A stretch of DNA of 42,444 nucleotides from a virus: IMG/VR virus record IMGVR_UViG_3300028602_000031, one strand, 5' to 3'. Each line of letters starts with the position of its first letter. Within the stretch, counting starts at the first letter, position 1. A program made the position numbers and the translations under genes. Positions 36,451 to 42,444 of the stretch are shown here, piece by piece. Below the pieces are notes generated by a model. The model saw nothing but the letters and a program-made list of their open reading frames with translations. It was not told the origin of the DNA and did not search any database.

Positions 36451-36631
36451 TTTCAACGACCGATGCGGCGGTAGATGTGTATTTTTTAACGACATTAATA
36501 TTTTTCTCGATACGAAAACTTTGAACGTCATATTTTCAACGTCATTGTGTTTTCAACGTCATCTCTTACCCTTTCTCTTTTGCATCTTTAAGGTCTGTAT
36601 CTCTATCCTGATTGTATATCTTTAAGGTCTG
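36451..36631 (+). repeat. Short direct-repeat cluster
   Basis: TTTTCAACGTCAT at 36533 and 36550, with variants at 36451, 36484 and 36521; ATCTTTAAGGTCTG at 36584 and 36618. Confidence 0.65.
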
Positions 36632-37146
36632 ACTTGCTGACCTAATAACGTATTAATAGAGTATCGTTGTCATTGAATCAATTGAGTTAGGCTGCATGGT
36701 ATAGGCTGCTAACATAGAATATGATCGTGAACCAAGAACATTTAAGAAAATATCCAGTAGGAAAGTGACATGTACGATATATGACGCTGTGCAAATTAGT
36801 AATCATGAAAATCAATAACAGTACAATTTATCTGAAGTGAACTTAATTTCAAAATCAAAGTCAGGTAAATTTATCCTGAGACCCCTGGATTATAATATTT
36901 TAACCTGAAATTATTCTCAATTTTCCTCAAATTTTTCCGGAAATTCCCCGAAAATCTCCGAAATTTCCCCTGGAATTTTCCACTACTCGCGCTTTTTCCC
37001 CTTCGGTTTTTTACGGTCCGTGTTTTTTGCGCCACGAATCCCGGCGTACCTGGCATTTGTGCAGCGAGTATTTTTGATCACATTTTTCAACAGTGTAAAT
37101 ATATTCAAGATTTTTATGATAACTCATGTTTTTTATTATTCGGTTC

Positions 37147-37190
37147 AAATAGTTAACTATAAATAGAATAAGTGATTAATTAAAGAATAA
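37147..37190 (+). repeat. Repeated early promoter E with palindrome ATAGTTAACTAT
   Basis: AAATAGTTAACTATAAATAG...TTAATTAAAGAATAAC; shared with 37631 and 38065. Confidence 0.75.
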
Positions 37191-37336
37191 CGAATGATTG
37201 AAACACAGCAAACAAAATAAGGAGAGTCAATTAAATGTTTTCTGAAGAAACACTTATCAGATCAAGGGAAGCGCAAGGAATAAATGAAGATTACAGAAGG
37301 AAACAAGAAGAAAAATATAAGGAGAGTGATTAAAAA

Positions 37337-37603
37337 ATGTTTAATCCAATGCGAAAATATCAAAACATGACAACTAAATCACTATTACTCGATTTAGTAC
37401 ATCAAATCAGAATAGGTCAAAAACCACATTTCACTTTTGAAGTTTTAGATATTTTAGAAGTAACTTTTCGACTTCAGAATGAAGTAATTAATCTAGCGGA
37501 AACATCAAATTTATCAGGGAATGAAATTGTAAATATCGCAATGAACAACCCTCTTTTGTATCGGTTTAAAACTTGTAATAATAAAGATGTAAAGGTAATA
37601 TAA
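37337..37603 (+). CDS. Hypothetical protein
   Basis: 88 aa ORF with AGGAG SD. Confidence 0.55.
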   Translation: MFNPMRKYQNMTTKSLLLDLVHQIRIGQKPHFTFEVLDILEVTFRLQNEVINLAETSNLSGNEIVNIAMNNPLLYRFKTCNNKDVKVI

Positions 37604-37630
37604 TTAAACGTTATTTTAACAAATAGTTTA

Positions 37631-37699
37631 AAATAGTTAACTATAAATAGTATTAGGTATTAATTAAAGAATAACAAAATAAGGAGATGAAAAGAAATG
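37631..37699 (+). repeat. Repeated promoter/leader F
   Basis: About 69 bp from the palindrome to the ATG, nearly identical to 38065-38134. Confidence 0.8.
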
Positions 37700-38065
37700 A
37701 AATGTAAAATTGTATTTATCGCTTTATTCATTTTTATATTATTTTCAGTATGCGTTCAAGCTGTCGAAATCGTTCCACATAATGAAATATCAGATTATGA
37801 AATGTGTGTAAATTTTGTAAATGAACATCATGAATATAAATTAACTATAATGTCAACAGATAATCTTTTTCGAGTAAATAATTATTATTATGCATCGAAA
37901 ATAGAGAATAACCATCTCTATTATTATTCTGTTGTATCTGGAAAAGTTCACAAATATAATTATTCTTATTATAATGATGGTATGTATATTCATGTTTTCG
38001 AACATGGTGATGAACGGCAAAACTGGAAATGGTTAACTGATAACTGTAATCCATTTTATAAATAA
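37697..38065 (+). CDS. Secreted or membrane-anchored hypothetical protein
   Basis: N-terminal hydrophobic signal-like segment MKCKIVFIALFIFILFSVCVQA; flanked by direct repeats F and G. Confidence 0.6.
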   Translation: MKCKIVFIALFIFILFSVCVQAVEIVPHNEISDYEMCVNFVNEHHEYKLTIMSTDNLFRVNNYYYASKIENNHLYYYSVVSGKVHKYNYSYYNDGMYIHVFEHGDERQNWKWLTDNCNPFYK

Positions 38066-38134
38066 AATAGTTAACTATAAATAGAATAAGGTATTAATTA
38101 AAGAATAACAAAATAAAGGAGATGAAAAGAAATG
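38065..38134 (+). repeat. Repeated promoter/leader G
   Basis: Copy of F directly upstream of ardC. Confidence 0.8.
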
Positions 38135-39064
38135 AGCAATAAAGTATATGATATAATAACTGAGCGGATTATTTCACAGTTAGAAGCGGGTGTTATCCCT
38201 TGGAGGAAACCTTGGGGAATTGCTGGAAATGGTGAAATGCCTAAAAATGGAATAACTGGCAGACATTATTCAGGAATAAACCTATTAATGTTAAATTGGG
38301 GGGAAGAATATTTCACTTTCAAACAGATACAGGAAAAGAAATGGACTATAAAAAAAGGTTCAAAGGCTTCTATTGTGATCTTTTTCTCTATGCTGGAAAA
38401 GCCAAACAAAAACAATTCTGAAGAAATTGATCAGATACCTCTAATGAGATACTATAATGTTTTTGCTGGCTCAGATATTGAGGGATACAAAGAAGGGGAA
38501 AAATACGAACACAATACCATAGAAGAAGCTGAAGAAATTGTCCGGAAATATCAGGAAGTACCTATACACCATCACAATAATAATAGAGCTTTTTACAGTC
38601 CTACGGAGGATTATATTAATGTTCCTGACTTGTCATGTTTCCCAATCGCTGAAGAGTATTACAGTACTCTTTTTCATGAAATGACTCACAGTACAGGACA
38701 CCACTCTCGATTAAAGAGATTTACCGGAAATGCTGCTAATGCTTCCTTTGGTTCTAAATCCTATTCTTTTGAGGAATTGATAGCCGAACTTGGGGCATCT
38801 TTCCTTTGTGGTGTCTGTGGAATTGAACAGAAAACCCTGGATAATTCAGCTTCCTATATCGCATCCTGGCTAAAAGTTCTTAAGGAAGATAATAAATTTA
38901 TTGTTCGCGCCGCCGCGAGAGCTCAGAAAGCAGTAGATTACATTCAAGAAGGTTCTACTGTTCATAAAAATAAAATCCAGAATGCAAATAAACCTAATGA
39001 TACCAAGCCCAGATCTAAAAAAACCCCTCATTTTAATAAAAGCGGGGAGTGGATAGGAAATTAA
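38132..39064 (+). CDS. ardC: ArdC-family antirestriction ssDNA-binding protein (DUF1738 plus zincin domain)
   Basis: PWRKPW, YSGINLLML, FKQI, YYNVF, AFYSP..D.I..P, HEMTHSTGH, YSFEELIAELG, SASYIASW. Confidence 0.9.
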   Translation: MSNKVYDIITERIISQLEAGVIPWRKPWGIAGNGEMPKNGITGRHYSGINLLMLNWGEEYFTFKQIQEKKWTIKKGSKASIVIFFSMLEKPNKNNSEEIDQIPLMRYYNVFAGSDIEGYKEGEKYEHNTIEEAEEIVRKYQEVPIHHHNNNRAFYSPTEDYINVPDLSCFPIAEEYYSTLFHEMTHSTGHHSRLKRFTGNAANASFGSKSYSFEELIAELGASFLCGVCGIEQKTLDNSASYIASWLKVLKEDNKFIVRAAARAQKAVDYIQEGSTVHKNKIQNANKPNDTKPRSKKTPHFNKSGEWIGN

Positions 39065-39076
39065 GGACAGATAACC

Positions 39077-39265
39077 ATGCAACAGCTTTTTAGATCTCAC
39101 TCTGAAAAATTAGCACTTGTTCGTACTATCGAAAATCTGAAGGAGCAATTAAGGGCCACAGAAGAAATACAGCTTATGAGATTTGCACACAATAATGCTA
39201 GATCTTGGGATATCGCAATAAACAATTTTCAAGAAGCCATATTTATAATAGAAACTAGATATTAA
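39077..39265 (+). CDS. Hypothetical protein
   Basis: 62 aa ORF. Confidence 0.5.
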   Translation: MQQLFRSHSEKLALVRTIENLKEQLRATEEIQLMRFAHNNARSWDIAINNFQEAIFIIETRY

Positions 39266-39283
39266 TCGATGTGAGGGAAAGGC

Positions 39284-39508
39284 ATGACTGAAGATATCAC
39301 AGAATTAATAAACTCTCTAAATAAAGCAATTGATATACAAAAAATAGAAGTTGCCGCACTGAAGGAGAAAAAAGAACAGTCTTTGAAATGCATAGATATG
39401 TTTTGTGAATTAATCATATCTGCAAACTGGTATAAGTCCGATTCGATAAGGCTGGAAGATATCGATATTCAGCTAATTAAAGACACTAAAAGTATATTAA
39501 ACATGTAA
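39284..39508 (+). CDS. Hypothetical protein
   Basis: 74 aa ORF. Confidence 0.5.
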   Translation: MTEDITELINSLNKAIDIQKIEVAALKEKKEQSLKCIDMFCELIISANWYKSDSIRLEDIDIQLIKDTKSILNM

Positions 39509-39532
39509 TATATTTTCTTTTTCCCCTTTTAC

Positions 39533-39557
39533 AATAGTTAACTATTTATACTTTGAG
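39533..39557 (+). repeat. Repeated promoter H with perfect palindrome AATAGTTAACTATT
   Basis: GTTAACTATTTATACTTTGAG is shared with promoter C. Confidence 0.7.
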
Positions 39558-39622
39558 TGTGTAAATAGTAAATAGTGAATGATTAAGGACGCAAGAACAA
39601 AAATAAAGGAGATAAAGAAAAC

Positions 39623-39931
39623 ATGACCGACAAACATCCACAACTGATTTATGAAGCAGAAATCACATTCCCACACGTAGGAAGCAATGACGGGAAAGGA
39701 ATCGAAACATATTATTTTTATGACGATCGAGAATATGAAATTGAGAATTTTAAACAGTTTGAACTTAAAAAAGTCCTTGAGAAAAAACATGGCACGCTAA
39801 CCTATATGGGAAGCGTAAGACCTGAAACAATCTCTCGATTTAAGAGAGATCCGCTTAGGATGAAATGCGTAAGCAGATACGCAGATCCCGACCCAGAAAA
39901 CAACCCGTTAAAAAATGGTAAATTTTCTTAA
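39623..39931 (+). CDS. Hypothetical protein
   Basis: 102 aa ORF after promoter H; AGGAG SD. Confidence 0.6.
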   Translation: MTDKHPQLIYEAEITFPHVGSNDGKGIETYYFYDDREYEIENFKQFELKKVLEKKHGTLTYMGSVRPETISRFKRDPLRMKCVSRYADPDPENNPLKNGKFS

Positions 39932-39973
39932 CTTTCTTTTATTTTTTTAAACCACTGAAACAGAGATAACACC

Positions 39974-40291
39974 ATGATAAACCTAACAAAACTCGGAAAA
40001 GTAACAAAAACCTGGTACAAAGACGGAAAACACAGAATGTATGTCAATGATCTTTGTGTATTCTACGGAATTGATCCAAAACATCTAAAAAGTGGAGAAG
40101 AAGGAAAAATCGCAAGAGAACTTGTGGCTGCTACACTATTTTATGATGTTGTATCTGATGAATGGGTAAGCAAAGGAATAGGACAAGCTAGAAAAGATCA
40201 GCTTGTAGCGGAAATCCTGAAACAGACTGGAGCAGAAGAAGTTGAACAGGAAGCGGTTGAAACTTTCATACTGGAAAACATTCCAGTTTAA
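39974..40291 (+). CDS. Hypothetical protein
   Basis: WYKDGKHRMYVN motif of a small phage protein family. Confidence 0.6.
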   Translation: MINLTKLGKVTKTWYKDGKHRMYVNDLCVFYGIDPKHLKSGEEGKIARELVAATLFYDVVSDEWVSKGIGQARKDQLVAEILKQTGAEEVEQEAVETFILENIPV

Positions 40292-40302
40292 TCTTTTAGG
40301 AA

Positions 40303-40533
40303 GTGTGTAATATGTTTTCAATAGGTCAAAAAGTTGAAACAAATGATATATTTGCAGGTCAACGGATACGCATTTCGAAGGAATTAGGAAAGAATTTTCC
40401 TACTTACGAAAAGGGGACAATAACAAATATTCAGAGAATTATATTTAAAGAAAGTTATGTCCCTGATATGGTAATAATAACGCTAGATAGTAATTTTCGT
40501 CATAACGCGGATATGTTTAAGGAGTGTGTATAA
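40303..40533 (+). CDS. Hypothetical protein, possible SH3/KOW-like fold
   Basis: FSIGQKVET...KGTITNI; resembles FKPGDIVETT...KGLVSEI in 40858-41250. Confidence 0.5.
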   Translation: MCNMFSIGQKVETNDIFAGQRIRISKELGKNFPTYEKGTITNIQRIIFKESYVPDMVIITLDSNFRHNADMFKECV

Positions 40534-40856
40534 AAATGTCTTCTGCGATTCCTTTCCATCATTTAATTTCTTCTTATTCGGATGATAAACTTATCAATCT
40601 TGAAGTTGAACAATTTCAAAAACTAAAAGACTTCTATCAAGTCTATAGAAAACAGCTTTTAAATAACGAAATAAATAACTTTTCTAATCCATTTTATTGG
40701 GAATTTCTTTGTGAAATAAACCATGATTTGCTAACAATAAGGGATATTATGTATGTAAGAAACCTGGATATTCCAGAAAGACAAATAGCAATTTTTATCT
40801 TAATGATTAATGACTTGATCTTCGAAAAAGGATTTCCTAAGAAGGAGATGGTTTAA
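40524..40856 (+). CDS. Hypothetical protein
   Basis: 110 aa ORF. Confidence 0.5.
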   Translation: MCIKMSSAIPFHHLISSYSDDKLINLEVEQFQKLKDFYQVYRKQLLNNEINNFSNPFYWEFLCEINHDLLTIRDIMYVRNLDIPERQIAIFILMINDLIFEKGFPKKEMV

Positions 40857-40857
40857 A

Positions 40858-41250
40858 ATGTCTTATACTCCTTCTCCCTTTAAACCTGGTGATATCGTAG
40901 AAACTACAGAAGAATATAGAGACTGGGCAGAAAAATGCTTTCAGAATTGCTATGAAAAGAGAAAAACGTATACCAAAGGCTTAGTATCTGAAATACTGGT
41001 ATTGAGACATACGGATTCAAAAGAACCATTACAGGATTATATAAAATTGGATAATGGTTTTGTTGGTAGATGCGAAGATTTTCAAAAACCTTCTTTCAAA
41101 TGCCCTGAATGTAAGGACGAAACTGAAATAGTGATCTTTAATGGTTGTGCATATTTTTCTTGTAATAATATATTCTGTGGTAATATAAAATTGTATGATG
41201 TATTTACGTTATTTGCTAAAATTCCAAAAATAGAGAAGGCGACGGTATGA
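40858..41250 (+). CDS. Hypothetical protein with SH3-like N-terminus and zinc ribbon
   Basis: FKPGDIVET; CPEC...CNNIFC. Confidence 0.55.
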   Translation: MSYTPSPFKPGDIVETTEEYRDWAEKCFQNCYEKRKTYTKGLVSEILVLRHTDSKEPLQDYIKLDNGFVGRCEDFQKPSFKCPECKDETEIVIFNGCAYFSCNNIFCGNIKLYDVFTLFAKIPKIEKATV

Positions 41251-41423
41251 CTGAAGTCCCCTTTAACATTCGTTTCCAAACAAAAGAACATGCTTTAAGA
41301 TACGCAAGACTTGAAGCATCTAAATTTAAAAGAAATGTAGGGTACAAAGCTGTAAAAGGTAGATATTGGTCTATGGATCTAATGGACTACGTTTCCACAT
41401 GGATTGCAATTCTAATATTCTAA
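41247..41423 (+). CDS. Hypothetical protein (not in ORF track)
   Basis: 58 aa MTEVPFNIRF...; ATGA overlap with the upstream stop. Confidence 0.45.
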   Translation: MTEVPFNIRFQTKEHALRYARLEASKFKRNVGYKAVKGRYWSMDLMDYVSTWIAILIF

Positions 41424-41460
41424 TTTTCTTTTTCTTTTCTTTATTCCTTTACATACCTTT

Positions 41461-41823
41461 ATCATATCTCTTCTATCAATACATTCCTATCTAACTAATA
41501 CGTTCTCATTACCTTCTATCTAATCTCTTCTCACATCAATTCTAAATCACCCATATTATAAAAATTTCTGCAATAAAAAAAACCTGGAAAAAAATCCAGG
41601 AAAAAATACAGAAAAAAATATACAGCTTTTTTATTACATGCCCTAACTCATACTATCTTGATCAAGGCCCTGACTTACATCTACCTTCTATATCCTGTAA
41701 TCAATGCCCTGACTCATACTATCCTTATACTCTTATGATCTTTGATTACAGCCTTTCTATTCAATCTTTATCTTATCTCTCAACACTTGTATTGTATCTA
41801 GCTAATCTCTTCTCATATCAATT
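41461..41823. repeat. AT-rich, strand-skewed non-coding region with degenerate direct repeats
   Basis: CTAATCTCTTCTCA(C/T)ATCAATT at 41520 and 41802; ATGCCCT(A/G)ACTCATACTATC at 41638 and 41704. Confidence 0.65.
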
Positions 41824-42267
41824 GTAATACATTCATTATATACTATTGTTTATATTATAATCAATCTTTAACTTATATATACTTGATTATATACAATTAA
41901 GCTAAGTACAAACCCAATCCGGTGTTTCTATAAAAAGTGAGCAGGGCATCCTTATCATATGCCTCAAACTAAAAATATTTCCAAACATTATAAATAAAAT
42001 ATACATGTTACTACTCAATACCGTTTTTTATACACCGCAAACTCAATTTTACTCATTACTTATTTAATTATTTAAAGAAGAATACAACAAAACCCAAAGG
42101 TTTTAAAAGGAAATCGCTATGCCAAACTCAATATCAAAAATTTTAAAAAACAAAAATACCACTAAACAGTAAAAATATAAAAATAAAGTATTATTAAAGA
42201 GTAGTTTTCCGATAAATATAAGCCCGCTCACCAACTGCAATACCAGCAGTGCAATCTGCATCCTTGA

Positions 42268-42444
42268 GTCAATGACCCCCCACTGAAGTAGGGGGCTTGT
42301 AACTAACTTACGTTGTTACGTTTGGTTGATTGACAGACAACCTACTCAGGCAAGATATACCCGCCTGAGCAATGTTTTGAGAGGCATTAAGGTCACTATG
42401 CAACTGAAAACCACAAGCTTTACAATGGTAAGAATTGCCTTTCC
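42268..42444 (-). mobile_element. Right end of a second IS200/IS605 tnpB element (runs off the window)
   Basis: Terminal hairpin CCCCC-CACTGAAGTA-GGGGG (42276-42295), ending ...CATTGAC on the minus strand. Confidence 0.8.
42308..42444 (-). CDS. tnpB: TnpB C-terminus (partial, not in ORF track)
   Basis: Manual translation KGNSYHCKACGFQLHSDLNASQNIAQAGISCLSRLSVNQPNVTT-stop: zinc finger half plus RuvC III Asp. Confidence 0.85.
   Translation of the reverse strand, partial: KGNSYHCKACGFQLHSDLNASQNIAQAGISCLSRLSVNQPNVTT

Noticed and set aside
36684-36820. Frame MV*AANIEYDREPR... with an early TAG
   Set aside because: No SD, about 40 codons and no family resemblance; indistinguishable from chance in AT-rich DNA
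36871-37056. Minus-strand 61 aa ORF from the track
   Set aside because: It reflects the phased repeat DNA; low-complexity basic translation with no SD
1043-41291. Numerous antisense/overlapping ORFs in the track (e.g. 17708-18103, 20937-21395, 28586-29140, 30680-31162, 32661-33152)
   Set aside because: Shadows of well-supported genes on the opposite strand, lacking SD motifs and recognisable domains
41636-41720. Minus-strand repeat peptide SQG(I/L)D with two TAGs
   Set aside because: A by-product of the DNA repeats; under 30 codons and no translation signals
42268-42444. IscB/HEARO omega-RNA 5' end on the + strand (GTCAATGACCCC...)
   Set aside because: The minus strand encodes a clear TnpB C-terminus, so this is a tnpB right end read backwards
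1-42444. CRISPR or mini-CRISPR array
   Set aside because: No regularly spaced 25-40 bp repeats with unique spacers; the repeated promoters are separated by whole genes, and the isolated ATTGAAAC at about 37196 is a chance match
1-42444. tRNA genes, including an amber suppressor
   Set aside because: No cloverleaf with a T-loop GTTC(G/A)A consensus and matching acceptor stem found by eye; tRNAscan-SE/ARAGORN should confirm

Overview
A 42.4 kb segment of an AT-rich tailed dsDNA virus or provirus of archaea. The host is most likely a methanogen of the Methanosarcinaceae type; this is inferred from archaeal BRE/TATA promoters, GAGGT/GGAG Shine-Dalgarno motifs, an archaeal-type ThyA and FTR, and near-total avoidance of TAG stops. 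Layout: two tail/baseplate genes (+, 1-2191); a mostly leftward block (2.3-16.4 kb) with a small tyrosine recombinase, an IS200/IS605 TnpB element, a SAM methyltransferase, a phiC31 gp3-like protein and many small ORFs; a divergent switch at about 16.5 kb; a rightward nucleotide-metabolism cluster (MazG, FTR, radical SAM, dNMP kinase, ThyA-like); resolvase and SF2 helicase; cassettes of small genes bounded by repeated promoters; prim-pol plus P-loop helicase followed by an origin-like inverted iteron array; an ArdC-containing early region; and the 3' end of a second TnpB element. Strongest leads: (1) two genes appear to read through an in-frame TAG while essentially no gene stops at TAG, consistent with pyrrolysine recoding in a virus; (2) the ThyA homolog has the Asn-to-Asp change typical of dCMP (hydroxy)methylases and sits with a MazG-like NTPase and a dNMP kinase, a T4-like modified-cytosine pathway; (3) an antisense-oriented structured RNA carries two hairpins with identical CACCAC loops, and the same motif recurs around many viral start codons; (4) GGCC is almost absent. 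All family assignments come from motif recognition by eye, not database searches.
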